Assembly: GCF_003991155.1 (NCBI RefSeq)
Contig: NZ_CP031293.1
Source: Escherichia coli
GTDB lineage: Bacteria > Pseudomonadota > Gammaproteobacteria > Enterobacterales > Enterobacteriaceae
Length of the DNA stretch: 64,000 nt
Reading direction: 5' to 3' (one strand)
The position numbers and the translations under genes were made by a program. Numbering within the stretch: position 1 is the first letter of the stretch; each line of letters starts with the position of its first letter. The notes beneath the pieces are model-generated. The model worked only from the letters and a program-made list of their open reading frames with translations, searched no databases and was not told the origin of the DNA. This document shows, piece after piece, positions 12,657 to 24,802 of the stretch.

Positions 12657-13664
12657 TTATCGGTAGCGTTTTTGTAGACTGGCTGGAAGATAACGCTGTA
12701 ATGGGGATGGCGTTTCACCTTCAATCAGTTGCGAAATAAGCTCAAAGCAGTGAAAAGCAAGTTGGCGATTATCCTGTTGTATTGTGTCGATTCTTACCGA
12801 AAGTGAATCATACAAGTAATGATCATCAAAACTCGCCAGGTGGATTTTACTGTCGAGTAAATTATATTGGCTCATATAGCGCAGAACGCCTTCCAGTAAT
12901 CCACAAGCGGCAGTGAATAAGGCTTTAGGGGGACGTCCTAAACGAGCGCATAGCGCGGCAAACATTTCATAGCCTGAGCTCGGATGATAATTACCGTGAA
13001 TAATCCATTCAGGTTGTAGCGTTACTCCGGCTTGCTGCAAGCCTTGTGTAAATCCTTCCAGTCGATCGCGAGTCGGTGACAAACGGGGTTGTCCCCCCAG
13101 AAAATAGAATTCATCCGGGTGACTCCGTGCAATATCTGCCACCAGAGCGGTGGTGGGAGAAACAGAGTCAGTAATGACCAATGGCAATGTGCTGCCGTTC
13201 ATGTGGCGATCGAACAACACAACAGGTAATTGCTCGCTAAGTTTTTGATAGTCATTATCATGCAGCATACTGGATGCGACGATTAACCCATCAACCTGGC
13301 GGGCAATCATATTGTTCACCACCATTGTTTCCTGTGAAGGATTTTCATCAGTACAGGATATGAGGAGTTGGACGCCCGCTTCCCGACACAATGTTTCCAG
13401 TTCATGGGAAAATACTGCAAATCCGTAGTTAGTGATTTCAGGAACGACGAGACCAATGGTATGACTGCGGTTGTCCCGTAATGAGCGGGCATGAATGCTG
13501 GGCTGATAATGCTGCTGTTGGGCAATACTCAGCACACGCTCACGCGTTTCCTGCGCAACACGTAACTCTTTGCCACGACCATTGAGAACCAGACTGGCGG
13601 TTGCTTTCGACACTCCCGCCAGTTCAGCAATGTCTTTAATAGTAACGCGTTTGGTTTTTCTCAC
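12657..13664 (-). CDS. scrR: LacI-family sucrose operon repressor
   Basis: 335 aa; N-terminal HTH ([23 protein letters not shown]); position at end of scr operon. Confidence 0.88.
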   Translation of the reverse strand: MRKTKRVTIKDIAELAGVSKATASLVLNGRGKELRVAQETRERVLSIAQQQHYQPSIHARSLRDNRSHTIGLVVPEITNYGFAVFSHELETLCREAGVQLLISCTDENPSQETMVVNNMIARQVDGLIVASSMLHDNDYQKLSEQLPVVLFDRHMNGSTLPLVITDSVSPTTALVADIARSHPDEFYFLGGQPRLSPTRDRLEGFTQGLQQAGVTLQPEWIIHGNYHPSSGYEMFAALCARLGRPPKALFTAACGLLEGVLRYMSQYNLLDSKIHLASFDDHYLYDSLSVRIDTIQQDNRQLAFHCFELISQLIEGETPSPLQRYLPASLQKRYR

Positions 13665-13689
13665 GACGAGGATCCGTAATTCAAAACCC

Positions 13690-15099
13690 TCATTCTACCA
13701 TGCAGGCGCGTAGCGACCAGTAGCGTAACGTGACGTCAGACTCACCCTGTAATATCAGCGAAGCTGGATGATGGGGAAAATAACGATTACTCATTACACC
13801 TTCACCATTATTGATGAATATCTCTACGCTGGAACTGTCACAGAGAATCTTCAGTGACGTTACGCTTCCTCGCCAGTAACGAGTTAGTTTCTCTTGCCCT
13901 GCAAGGCTTCTCCTCTGTAGTTGAATACCATCGTCATTAAGATGCAGTGCCAGCGCATTGCCAAAATTCAGATACAGCTCACCCGACGGAATGATGTCCA
14001 TTTCCAGGCGTTCAATTTCGACATGCGGCGCATGATCTGCTTTTCCTTGCCAGAAGTGTTCAGCTTCACGCAGTTGCGCGAGTTCCCTGATTGGCATCTG
14101 AAACAATTTTCCCTTCTGGAATGAGAGTTCGCGAAAACAGGTCATTTGATGCTGCCAATGATGCTTTCTGGTTGGTTGCAACATCTCTTCGCCATCAGGA
14201 ACCCCCATCCAGCCGACCAGCAATCGTCGCCCGTCCGGGGCTTCCATCGTCTGTGGTGCATAGAATTCAAATCCCGCATCCAGCTCTGAGAAAGCGCCAT
14301 GCGTAAATTTGCCTGTCTCGTAATCAAACTGTCCATGTAGCCAGGCGCAGGGATAAGTATTCAGATAGCGCTCATGTTCGCGCACCATTCCCTGGGGGCA
14401 ACAGAGGAGAATGTATTCACCATCAAGGGCGAAAAAATCAGGACATTCCCACATGTATCCTGCGTTATCTATTTCATTCAGACCGTTACCAGCAATTTCT
14501 CCATGAAAAGACCAGGTATAGAGATCGACAGAGGAATACAGCAGCACTTTCCCCCGTTTCTCTTTATCTTGCGCGCCAAGCACCATGTACCATTGGCTGT
14601 TGTGCTTCCAGACTTTTGGATCACGAACATGTCCGGTGTAACCATCAGGTAACGGTATGACAGGGCCTAGTTTATCAAACCCGCCCTGGTTATTTTCGGT
14701 GGCCAGGCATTGCCATGCCGTTCTGCTGCCATCATCAAACTTAACATTACCGGTATAGCAAAGTGTGAGAACGCCCTGATTATTAACCGCGCTTCCTGAG
14801 TAACAACCATTACGGTCGTACTCTTTATCGGGCATTAGCGCTAATGGTTCATGCTGCCAGTGCAATAAATCCGTCGAACTCCAGTGCCCCCAACATTTGT
14901 ACTTATGATCACAAGCCAGTGGATTCCACTGATAAAACAGATGATAGCGGCCTCCAGACCAGCAAAAGCCATTTGGATCGTTCATTAGTCCAGTGACGGG
15001 AGCGAGATGCCAACAAGGATAGTGGGCATCTGCCAGTACTTTGGACTGACCTTTCATCACTGCCTGTAAAATCGCGGGCATTTGTGAAGGCATCGACAT
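13690..15099 (-). CDS. scrB: sucrose-6-phosphate hydrolase (GH32 invertase)
   Basis: 469 aa; GH32 motif MNDPNGF, WECPD; start overlaps scrA stop. Confidence 0.92.
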   Translation of the reverse strand: MSMPSQMPAILQAVMKGQSKVLADAHYPCWHLAPVTGLMNDPNGFCWSGGRYHLFYQWNPLACDHKYKCWGHWSSTDLLHWQHEPLALMPDKEYDRNGCYSGSAVNNQGVLTLCYTGNVKFDDGSRTAWQCLATENNQGGFDKLGPVIPLPDGYTGHVRDPKVWKHNSQWYMVLGAQDKEKRGKVLLYSSVDLYTWSFHGEIAGNGLNEIDNAGYMWECPDFFALDGEYILLCCPQGMVREHERYLNTYPCAWLHGQFDYETGKFTHGAFSELDAGFEFYAPQTMEAPDGRRLLVGWMGVPDGEEMLQPTRKHHWQHQMTCFRELSFQKGKLFQMPIRELAQLREAEHFWQGKADHAPHVEIERLEMDIIPSGELYLNFGNALALHLNDDGIQLQRRSLAGQEKLTRYWRGSVTSLKILCDSSSVEIFINNGEGVMSNRYFPHHPASLILQGESDVTLRYWSLRACMVE

Positions 15100-16469
15100 T
15101 ACTCCTCGTCCGTTTTGTATTTGAGTAATAAAGAGAGGCTAAAAGCGACAGCGAAAGCAATCACCATTCCAATAATATAATTAACCAACGATGTTGGCTG
15201 AACGATTGCCATGCCGGGTATTGCGGTCAGACCAACGGCAGTCATATAAACGTGAACAGAGACAACCCAGGCACCGCCGGCAGCGCCACCAATTAAGGCC
15301 GCAATAAAAGGTTTAACAAAACGAAGGTTGATACCAAAAATAGCGGCTTCAGTAATCCCTAACATTGCGGAAAAGGCCGAGGGTAGGGTGATTGCTTTAA
15401 TTTTTGTATCTTTGGTTTTAAACCATACCGCCAGACATGCACCGCCTTGCGCAACGTTTGCCATTGCCCAAATAGGCAGCAGGAAATTAACACCGATTGC
15501 AGGGTTACCTAAAAGTCCTGCTTCAATTGCGTGGAAGCTATGATGAATACCCGTAATAACAATCGCTGAATATAGTCCGCCGAATAACAACCCTGCTAAC
15601 CAGCCTGCGTGTGCAATCAGCGTGCTGAGAACGAAAGAGATACCGTCACCTAACGCTCGTCCTGCCGGACCAATAATCAAAAGAGCGATAAAGCCAGAAA
15701 TGACGACAGTCAGAAATGGCGTCAGAATGAGATCCAGAGCATCAGGGATAAACCTGCGTAACTGTTTTTCCACTATGCTCATAAACCATACTGCCAGAAG
15801 TACGGGGAAAACCGTTCCCTGATAGCCAATCATGGCGATTTCAAAACCGAAGAAGTTCATTGTCTGAAATCCCGCAGCAACGCCCCAGGCATTTGTGAGT
15901 GCCGGGTGAGTCAGAATCCCTCCTAATGTCGCGCCAAGATAAGGATTTCCACCAAATTCACGAGCAGCAGTAAAGCCAATAAGGATGGGGAGAATAATAA
16001 ATGCGGCTGAACTGCACATATCCAGCAGGATATAAATCGCATTATCGGCATTCACCCAGCCATATATTTTCACCATTCCCAGAAGCCCCATTAATAAACC
16101 AGAAGCAACAATGGCTGGAATGATGGGGACAAAAATATTAGAAAGTAGCCGTGCTATTCGCTGAAAAGGATTGAGTTTTTGAGCGGCGAGTCGAGCGGTA
16201 TCTGCTTTACTGGATTCGCTAATACCTGCAACCTGAATAAAGGCAGCATAGACTTTATTAACCACGCCGGTGCCAAAGATGATTTGCATTTGCCCTGAAT
16301 TACGAAAACAACCTTTCACTCCATCAATCTGGCCAATGGCATGTTGATCGGCAAGTGTGTCGTCAACCAGTACCAGCCGTAGGCGAGTGGCGCAATGTGC
16401 TGCACTGGTGATGTTCTCCTTACCACCTAATAAAGGAAGCAACGATTGGGCGATTTTATCGAAATCCAT
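15099..16469 (-). CDS. scrA: PTS sucrose-specific EIIBC component
   Basis: 456 aa; EIIB Cys motif (AAHCATRLRL) followed by EIIC membrane domain. Confidence 0.92.
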   Translation of the reverse strand: MDFDKIAQSLLPLLGGKENITSAAHCATRLRLVLVDDTLADQHAIGQIDGVKGCFRNSGQMQIIFGTGVVNKVYAAFIQVAGISESSKADTARLAAQKLNPFQRIARLLSNIFVPIIPAIVASGLLMGLLGMVKIYGWVNADNAIYILLDMCSSAAFIILPILIGFTAAREFGGNPYLGATLGGILTHPALTNAWGVAAGFQTMNFFGFEIAMIGYQGTVFPVLLAVWFMSIVEKQLRRFIPDALDLILTPFLTVVISGFIALLIIGPAGRALGDGISFVLSTLIAHAGWLAGLLFGGLYSAIVITGIHHSFHAIEAGLLGNPAIGVNFLLPIWAMANVAQGGACLAVWFKTKDTKIKAITLPSAFSAMLGITEAAIFGINLRFVKPFIAALIGGAAGGAWVVSVHVYMTAVGLTAIPGMAIVQPTSLVNYIIGMVIAFAVAFSLSLLLKYKTDEE

Positions 16470-16529
16470 ATAACCCTCTAATTCATTGTTATTTCAGTAA
16501 AAGCCTCACATCCGTGAGGCTGTCTGGTA

Positions 16530-18071
<1,542 letters not shown>

Positions 18072-18091
18072 TTATAAAAATTGCTAAAATG

Positions 18092-18105
18092 CTAAACCGG
18101 TTTAG
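18092..18105. promoter_or_regulatory. candidate ScrR operator (perfect palindrome CTAAACCGGTTTAG) upstream of scrY
   Basis: 14-bp perfect palindrome in scrK-scrY intergenic region. Confidence 0.6.
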
Positions 18106-18150
18106 GTGTTGATAATAAAGCTGACTTTTTAGCCAGAGCAATTATTTTCG

Positions 18151-18164
18151 CTAAACCGATTTAG
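18151..18164. promoter_or_regulatory. candidate second ScrR operator (CTAAACCGATTTAG)
   Basis: near-perfect copy of the palindrome 59 bp from the first. Confidence 0.55.
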
Positions 18165-18217
18165 TAAATGTGACAGGCACGACAAATCGGGTTACAGATA
18201 CAACAGCAGGATCACTA

Positions 18218-19135
18218 TTATGAAGGGAGATCGTGTTGTCGGGGTAAGGCGGTCATCGCGCCTTTAGCCGTGGTCGCCAGAGCACCACAAATCTGAGCTT
18301 GTGCAATGATTCGTTCAAGCTGTCTGGTATTTGTTGGTATTCCAGAATCAGCCAGACCTGCAAGTAATCCAGCGACAAAAGCATCTCCTGCCCCGGTCGT
18401 ATCGACGACAGAAACAGGTTTGGCGGGATAGTGGATAAACTGCCCCTGAAAATACACAAGTACGCCATTTTTTCCTTGTGTAATAAGCAATAAAGTCAAC
18501 GAATAACGTTGTACTAATGAATATGCGCCTTGCTGAACCTGGCTTTCGCCACTGATGAATAGCAACTCTTCTTCGGACAATTTAGCGATATTCGCCAGCG
18601 AAAGTGCGCGATCAAGGTATTTCCTTAATAGCGCTTCACTCTGCCAGAGATCGCTGCGGATATTGGGATCAAAACTGATGTTTCCGCCAGCCTGACGTAT
18701 TTTCTCCATAGCCAGAAATGCGGTACTTCGGGAAGGTTCTGCACTGAGCGCAATGGAACAAAGATGGAGCCATTCACCCGGCCCAAATGCAGGAAGGTCA
18801 CCAGGTTGTAAAAAAAGATCGGCACTTGGGCGTACCATAAAGGTAAAGTTTCTTTCTCCTTGCTCATCAAGTCCTACAGCCACAATTGAGGTGCGTTGTT
18901 GAGGATCAAGAGACATATAACGTGTATCAACATTTTCTGTACTCAGTGTCTGATACATAAAGCGACCGAAAGGATCATCGCCAACTTTGCCAATAAAGGC
19001 ACTTTTCCCCCCCAGCCTTGCGATACCGACTGCAACATTAGCAGGCGCCCCGCCAGGACACTGTAGTAGTCTCCCCTGGCTTTCGGGTAATAAATCAACA
19101 ACCGCATCACCGAGTACCCATACTCTTGCGCTCAT
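18218..19135 (-). CDS. scrK: fructokinase (PfkB family)
   Basis: 305 aa; PfkB/ribokinase motifs (DTTGAGDAF); first gene of scr cluster; RBS GGAG. Confidence 0.9.
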   Translation of the reverse strand: MSARVWVLGDAVVDLLPESQGRLLQCPGGAPANVAVGIARLGGKSAFIGKVGDDPFGRFMYQTLSTENVDTRYMSLDPQQRTSIVAVGLDEQGERNFTFMVRPSADLFLQPGDLPAFGPGEWLHLCSIALSAEPSRSTAFLAMEKIRQAGGNISFDPNIRSDLWQSEALLRKYLDRALSLANIAKLSEEELLFISGESQVQQGAYSLVQRYSLTLLLITQGKNGVLVYFQGQFIHYPAKPVSVVDTTGAGDAFVAGLLAGLADSGIPTNTRQLERIIAQAQICGALATTAKGAMTALPRQHDLPS

Positions 19136-19166
19136 AAAGGCTCCAATATACTAATTGCTAAACTAA

Positions 19167-19180
19167 TTAAATCGGTTTAG
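19167..19180. promoter_or_regulatory. candidate ScrR operator upstream of scrK (TTAAATCGGTTTAG)
   Basis: third copy of the same half-site pattern in the scrK promoter region. Confidence 0.5.
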
Positions 19181-19299
19181 CAATTAAAGCATAAACGCTG
19201 CTCAGGAGAGAACAATATTCAGCAGTGGTTACCCGGTATTTTGTGGTGGAAACGTGAATATGCCGGGATTAATCATCTACCCGGCACTGTTTATCTCAC

Positions 19300-20778
19300 T
19301 TACGCATTCGACCAGCTCTGGATCGAATCTTCATTCCCCAGCTCACCATGCATCACTTCATACGATTTTTTCAGGATCACATCAGTGTGCTTGGTTAGGT
19401 CTTTGAAAATGCCTTTATTCATCGCGTCGTAGCGTTTGGCATTGCTCTCAATCGGTATGAAGATATCTTTCACGCGAACCATTTTATCGACAGCCGTTGC
19501 GTAATCCGGGTATAGCCCCAGACCTACCGCCGTATTGATCGCTGCCCCCAGACTTGCACAACCATTAATGGCGTTACGGCGTGCCGGAAGGTTGAACACG
19601 TCGGCAAAAATCTGCATAAACAGATCGCTGTTCGAACCGCCGCCAGTAATGATCACATGCTTTGCAAAGTGATTCATTTCATTACACATATTGTCGTAAT
19701 TGTTCTTCAGCGTCAGCGCCACGCTTTCCAGTATCGAACGATATATCCATGCGTAATCCATGCTGGAATCAAAGCCGATCATAATCCCGCGTTTGTATGG
19801 TTCCCACGGATTGGTCAGCCAGTCCAGCACCGTCATCAGACCATTACAGCCAGGCGGCACACAAGACGCTTTTTTGTTGAGCAAATCTTCCGGTGAAAGA
19901 TCCTGTGCTTTGGCATCCTGAATTAACGACTCGCCTAGCATGTCGCGTAGCCAGCTCACCGTCCACATGCCTTTGCGAATACCGTAACCTTCATACAGCA
20001 AGGTTTGCGGAATAGAAGACATAATCGGCCAGTACGCTACCGGATCTTTCGGCAGTGCTTTACCGTTCATCATCAGCGCGATGTAGGTGCCAAGAGAAAT
20101 CACCGCCGTTTCATCATCCAGTAATCCGGCTCCCAGAGCTTCTACCGGTTTATCACTGGTGGTACAAACAACCGGCAGCCCAGCCGGGAAATGTGTCGCC
20201 AGCGCGGCTTGACGAGTGATATGCCCAAGAACAGTGCCCGGCATTTGCACATCAAAAAGCATCTGTCGGGGAATATTAAACTTCTCCATTACCGCGGTAT
20301 CTTCGCTCCATGCCCAGGTCTTATAATCCACCGGCCACTGACCAAAATAGTTGGCGATATTGTCTTTAAACTCGCCGGTTAAGCGATGCGTCAGATAACC
20401 TGAAAAAGAGGTGACATATGCCACGTCAGGATTCGTATGTTCGTAAGGGCGTGTAACGCGTGCATCCTGCCAGCTAATCAACGGCGCAGCTGGCGTGCCA
20501 TCGGCTTTCAATAACGCACGGCAGCAACGGATGGATCCCAGACCAATACCGACAATATCTTCTTTATTTCCGGCAAACTGACTCATCAAATCGTGACCGG
20601 CAAAACATAATGATGCCCATAAATCGTCGTCAGGATGTTCTGCGGTATCGGCATCTGGCGTGTGCATCGGCTGCAATAAGCCTTTGCCTTCGCAAACCAC
20701 ATTACCTTCCAGATCGTACATCACCACTTTTGTGCTCTGACTTCCGCCATCAATCCCTATGATGTATTTTTTCGACAT
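19300..20778 (-). CDS. ygcE: FGGY-family carbohydrate kinase
   Basis: 492 aa; FGGY N-terminal motif (IGIDGGSQSTKVV) and C-terminal domain. Confidence 0.88.
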   Translation of the reverse strand: MSKKYIIGIDGGSQSTKVVMYDLEGNVVCEGKGLLQPMHTPDADTAEHPDDDLWASLCFAGHDLMSQFAGNKEDIVGIGLGSIRCCRALLKADGTPAAPLISWQDARVTRPYEHTNPDVAYVTSFSGYLTHRLTGEFKDNIANYFGQWPVDYKTWAWSEDTAVMEKFNIPRQMLFDVQMPGTVLGHITRQAALATHFPAGLPVVCTTSDKPVEALGAGLLDDETAVISLGTYIALMMNGKALPKDPVAYWPIMSSIPQTLLYEGYGIRKGMWTVSWLRDMLGESLIQDAKAQDLSPEDLLNKKASCVPPGCNGLMTVLDWLTNPWEPYKRGIMIGFDSSMDYAWIYRSILESVALTLKNNYDNMCNEMNHFAKHVIITGGGSNSDLFMQIFADVFNLPARRNAINGCASLGAAINTAVGLGLYPDYATAVDKMVRVKDIFIPIESNAKRYDAMNKGIFKDLTKHTDVILKKSYEVMHGELGNEDSIQSWSNA

Positions 20779-20804
20779 GATTTTTCTCCTGTAATTTTCC
20801 TGGC

Positions 20805-22082
20805 TTACTTGCTGCTAGCCATTGCGGGGGCGCTATCAGCAGTACGAATTTTTTGGAACAGCAAAAAGGTAAAGATGATCACCATGGCAAGCGCCGCCAT
20901 GCCCATTAGCCACATGTTGCGGTAGGCTTCTGCAGCGGGCAGGGTGTCTTGCCAGTGGCCGATAATCGGGTAAACGAAGACATCCGGCAGGAATCCAATC
21001 ACCGAACAAATACCTACCGTGGTGCCCATAATGTAAGACGGTGTTCTCGCTTCGCCGGGGCAGGCCCAGTACAGTCCACGTGAGGCGTAGCAGGTGAATC
21101 CCAGTAGTAAAATCAGGCCAATCCCCATAGCGACCGATTGCGGGTTAGAGTTGGTAACAAGCAGGGCAGTCAGTGCCAGCAGGCCGATGATGGAAAGGAT
21201 TTGAATTACGCGGGTAGGGGATTTCACTTTACTGTAGGTGGTGATAATGCCGCCAAGTGGACCACACAGCGCGCGGAATATTTTGTTGATCACAATCCCC
21301 ATGTAGCTCGCCGCCACCAGCGACATGCCGTACATTTCGGTGAGATAGTTGGTGGAGTAACTCAGAATGGCGTAGATGGTGAAGACGCCAAAAATCACCA
21401 TGCTGCAATACCAGGTGGTGCTGATGCGCAAAACGGCCAGGATGTCGCTAAGCTGGAATGATTGTTTTTCTTCGTTATTGGCACTGCGCAGGTTGTTGTT
21501 ATCGCTAACAAAAAACCAGCACAGAATCCCCAACAAGATGTAAACCACACTATAGATGATAATGACCGTTTTCAGGCTGGCGCTGTCATCCGGTGCAAAG
21601 CGAGAAAAGACCCACATGGTAAACACCGCCAGCGACATTACACCGACGCCGCGCAGCCCTTCCATCCAGCCCATAATTTTCCCTTGCTCGCTATGATCGC
21701 CCAGCAACGATGCGGCTTTAATCGACACCGACCACAGCATTAAAATCGTCGTTATCGCAAAGGCAACCTGAATACAGAGCATTACCCACAGCGGTGGATA
21801 AGTTGCCATTAACAGACCCAGTAATCCGGTAATGATCATCGCGGAAGTAATCATTTTGCGATGTGAGAATTTATCGGCAATAACGCCACTGGGCGCATAA
21901 AGAATAATAGCTGCAATACCAAAGGTACTCATTATTAAACCTATCTCGGTATTGCTGAATCCCATAAATTTCGCCATGGGAATTTGATAAATATAACGTA
22001 AATAAGCCAGGTCGAAACTAACGCCGCCGCTAAAACTAATTATCGCGAGGGTTATCCAACGGCGATATGAGTTGTGTTGCAT
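20805..22082 (-). CDS. yqcE: MFS transporter
   Basis: 425 aa, 12 predicted TM segments. Confidence 0.85.
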   Translation of the reverse strand: MQHNSYRRWITLAIISFSGGVSFDLAYLRYIYQIPMAKFMGFSNTEIGLIMSTFGIAAIILYAPSGVIADKFSHRKMITSAMIITGLLGLLMATYPPLWVMLCIQVAFAITTILMLWSVSIKAASLLGDHSEQGKIMGWMEGLRGVGVMSLAVFTMWVFSRFAPDDSASLKTVIIIYSVVYILLGILCWFFVSDNNNLRSANNEEKQSFQLSDILAVLRISTTWYCSMVIFGVFTIYAILSYSTNYLTEMYGMSLVAASYMGIVINKIFRALCGPLGGIITTYSKVKSPTRVIQILSIIGLLALTALLVTNSNPQSVAMGIGLILLLGFTCYASRGLYWACPGEARTPSYIMGTTVGICSVIGFLPDVFVYPIIGHWQDTLPAAEAYRNMWLMGMAALAMVIIFTFLLFQKIRTADSAPAMASSK

Positions 22083-22104
22083 ATCGTATTCCCATTTGTA
22101 ATAG

Positions 22105-22153
22105 ACAAAAAAAGAGAAAAGTAAGCCGCCCTTTCAGGTGGATTACTTTTCTC
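22105..22153 (-). terminator. leader intrinsic terminator/attenuator about 23 nt upstream of yqcE start
   Basis: 11-bp stem GAGAAAAGTAA/TTACTTTTCTC with 18-nt loop, followed on the minus strand by a 7-T run. Confidence 0.6.
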
Positions 22154-22259
22154 AGGTCTCTAGTAATTGCAATAAGAAATAACATGGAAAGCAGTGGTGT
22201 TGTGTGAGAGTAGTCACGCTTCTGCTTTTTAAAATTATTTGATAATACGAATATCACAC

Positions 22260-22275
22260 TGTGATTACGATCACA
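22260..22275. promoter_or_regulatory. CRP binding site (TGTGA-N6-TCACA) in yqcE/ygcW divergent region
   Basis: TGTGATTACGATCACA is a perfect match to both consensus half-sites. Confidence 0.7.
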
Positions 22276-22327
22276 TTAGCGCTTATGCCCTTATGCTAAA
22301 AATTATATCCAGTTACCAGAGATAATG

Positions 22328-22375
22328 AGAAAGGTAACTTCCCTCTCGCGGGGGAAGTTACCTTTCTTTTTTTTT
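22328..22375 (+). terminator. leader intrinsic terminator/attenuator about 24 nt upstream of ygcW start
   Basis: 16-bp perfect stem (GAAAGGTAACTTCCCC / GGGGAAGTTACCTTTC), 7-nt loop, followed by a 9-T run. Confidence 0.75.
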
Positions 22376-22399
22376 GCTTTACGGAAATTGGAGCTAACT

Positions 22400-23185
22400 A
22401 TGTCAATCGAATCTCTCAATGCGTTCTCAATGGATTTTTTCTCCCTGAAAGGTAAAACATCAATTGTTACCGGCGGGAATAGTGGATTAGGCCAGGCATT
22501 TGCCATGGCGCTGGCCAAGGCTGGCGCAAATGTCTTTATTCCAAGTTTCGTCAAAGATAACGGCGAAACAAAGGAAATGATTGAAAAACAGGGTGTTGAA
22601 GTGGACTTCATGCAGGTGGATATCACCGCAGAAGGCGCACCACAGAAGATTATCGCTGCCTGCTGTGAGCGTTTCGGTACCGTCGATATTCTGGTTAACA
22701 ATGCCGGTATATGTAAGCTGAATAAGGTGCTGGACTTCGGGCGTGCCGACTGGGATCCGATGATTGACGTGAACCTTACCGCCGCATTCGAGTTAAGCTA
22801 TGAAGCTGCAAAAATTATGATCCCGCAGAAAAGCGGTAAAATCATTAATATCTGTTCATTATTCTCTTACTTAGGTGGACAATGGTCACCTGCATATTCT
22901 GCCACTAAACATGCTCTTGCCGGATTCACCAAAGCTTATTGTGATGAACTAGGTCAATATAATATTCAGGTAAATGGTATTGCCCCTGGATATTACGCTA
23001 CCGATATCACCCTGGCGACACGCAGTAATCCAGAAACCAATCAGCGCGTTCTTGATCATATTCCAGCAAACCGTTGGGGCGATACTCAGGATTTAATGGG
23101 CGCAGCCGTCTTCCTCGCAAGTCCGGCTTCAAATTATGTTAACGGGCATTTATTAGTGGTCGATGGCGGTTATTTAGTGCGCTAA
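22400..23185 (+). CDS. ygcW: short-chain dehydrogenase/reductase (KduD-like)
   Basis: 261 aa from internal ATG with RBS GGAG; TGGNSGLG Rossmann motif and YxxxK active site. Confidence 0.85.
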   Translation: MSIESLNAFSMDFFSLKGKTSIVTGGNSGLGQAFAMALAKAGANVFIPSFVKDNGETKEMIEKQGVEVDFMQVDITAEGAPQKIIAACCERFGTVDILVNNAGICKLNKVLDFGRADWDPMIDVNLTAAFELSYEAAKIMIPQKSGKIINICSLFSYLGGQWSPAYSATKHALAGFTKAYCDELGQYNIQVNGIAPGYYATDITLATRSNPETNQRVLDHIPANRWGDTQDLMGAAVFLASPASNYVNGHLLVVDGGYLVR

Positions 23186-23254
23186 TCCATAACGGTGGTT
23201 TCTGTTTTCTCTTATTAATGATTATTCTATTTTTATTATCAGGAAGGAATTACT

Positions 23255-24709
23255 ATGTCTTTATCTCGCGCAGCGATTGTCGACCAGCTAAAGGAAATTG
23301 TTGGTGCAGATCGCGTAATTACCGATGAAACAGTATTAAAGAAAAACAGTATTGACCGTTTTCGCAAATTTCCGGATATTCATGGCATTTATACTTTGCC
23401 GATTCCGGCAGCGGTCGTAAAACTCGGTTCCACAGAACAAGTATCCCGTGTGCTGAATTTTATGAATGCGCACAAAATTAACGGTGTGCCGCGTACCGGT
23501 GCTTCCGCTACCGAAGGTGGACTGGAAACCGTTGTGGAAAACTCGGTGGTGCTCGACGGCTCCGCCATGAATCAAATCATTAATATTGATATTGAGAATA
23601 TGCAGGCCACGGCGCAATGTGGCGTTCCGCTGGAAGTGCTGGAAAACGCGTTGCGTGAAAAAGGTTACACCACGGGGCACTCTCCGCAGTCAAAACCGTT
23701 GGCGCAGATGGGTGGACTGGTGGCGACCCGTAGTATCGGGCAGTTCTCCACACTCTACGGCGCAATCGAGGATATGGTCGTTGGTCTGGAAGCAGTATTG
23801 GCTGATGGCACCGTCACACGTATTAAAAACGTGCCACGCCGCGCGGCTGGCCCGGACATTCGTCACATTATCATCGGCAACGAAGGTGCATTGTGCTATA
23901 TCACTGAAGTAACAGTGAAAATCTTTAAGTTCACCCCGGAAAACAACCTCTTCTACGGCTATATCCTGGAAGACATGAAAACCGGCTTCAACATCCTGCG
24001 TGAAATCATGGTGGAAGGGTATCGTCCGTCGATCGCTCGTTTGTATGACGCTGAAGATGGCACCCAACACTTCACCCATTTTGCCGATGGTAAATGTGTG
24101 CTGATCTTTATGGCTGAAGGTAACCCTCGCATTGCGAAGGCGACGGGCGAAGGGATTGCTGAAATCGTGGCACGTTACCCGCAATGCCAGCGCGTGGACA
24201 GTAAGCTGATCGAAACCTGGTTTAATCACCTGAACTGGGGGCCGGATAAAGTGGCTGCCGAACGTGTGCAGATCCTCAAAACCGGCAACATGGGCTTTAC
24301 CACCGAAGTGTCCGGCTGCTGGAGCTGCATCCACGAAATCTACGAAAGCGTTATTAACCGTATTCGTACCGAGTTCGCGCACGCCGACGACATCACCATG
24401 CTGGGCGGTCACTCCTCTCATAGCTATCAGAACGGCACCAACATGTACTTCGTCTACGACTACAACGTCGTTGACTGTAAGCCGGAAGAGGAAATCGACA
24501 AGTACCACAATCCGCTCAACAAAATCATCTGCGAAGAAACCATTCGTCTCGGCGGTTCGATGGTGCACCACCACGGTATCGGTAAACATCGCGTTCACTG
24601 GAGCAAACTGGAACACGGCAGCGCGTGGGCGTTGCTGGAAGGGCTGAAAAAGCAGTTCGATCCTAATGGCATTATGAACACGGGTACTATCTATCCGATT
24701 GAAAAATAA
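23255..24709 (+). CDS. ygcU: FAD-linked oxidase (alkyl-DHAP synthase / D-lactate dehydrogenase-like)
   Basis: 484 aa; FAD-binding PCMH-type domain. Confidence 0.85.
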   Translation: MSLSRAAIVDQLKEIVGADRVITDETVLKKNSIDRFRKFPDIHGIYTLPIPAAVVKLGSTEQVSRVLNFMNAHKINGVPRTGASATEGGLETVVENSVVLDGSAMNQIINIDIENMQATAQCGVPLEVLENALREKGYTTGHSPQSKPLAQMGGLVATRSIGQFSTLYGAIEDMVVGLEAVLADGTVTRIKNVPRRAAGPDIRHIIIGNEGALCYITEVTVKIFKFTPENNLFYGYILEDMKTGFNILREIMVEGYRPSIARLYDAEDGTQHFTHFADGKCVLIFMAEGNPRIAKATGEGIAEIVARYPQCQRVDSKLIETWFNHLNWGPDKVAAERVQILKTGNMGFTTEVSGCWSCIHEIYESVINRIRTEFAHADDITMLGGHSSHSYQNGTNMYFVYDYNVVDCKPEEEIDKYHNPLNKIICEETIRLGGSMVHHHGIGKHRVHWSKLEHGSAWALLEGLKKQFDPNGIMNTGTIYPIEK

Positions 24710-24802
24710 TGTGTCAGGCAGCGTTCCGCGATGACGGTGCGTTGCCTTTTCGGCTTCTCAGGCGAGAAGCCGTTCTTATTACCGGACAATGAAGGGGTAA
24801 AG

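Noticed and set aside
22325-22399. Longer N-terminal extension of ygcW (ORF-track start at 22325)
   Set aside because: The extension would translate through the 16-bp terminator hairpin and T-run; the internal ATG at 22400 has a proper GGAG RBS and gives the expected SDR length
23690-24616. 308-aa minus-strand ORF inside ygcU
   Set aside because: Antisense shadow ORF of the FAD-oxidase gene
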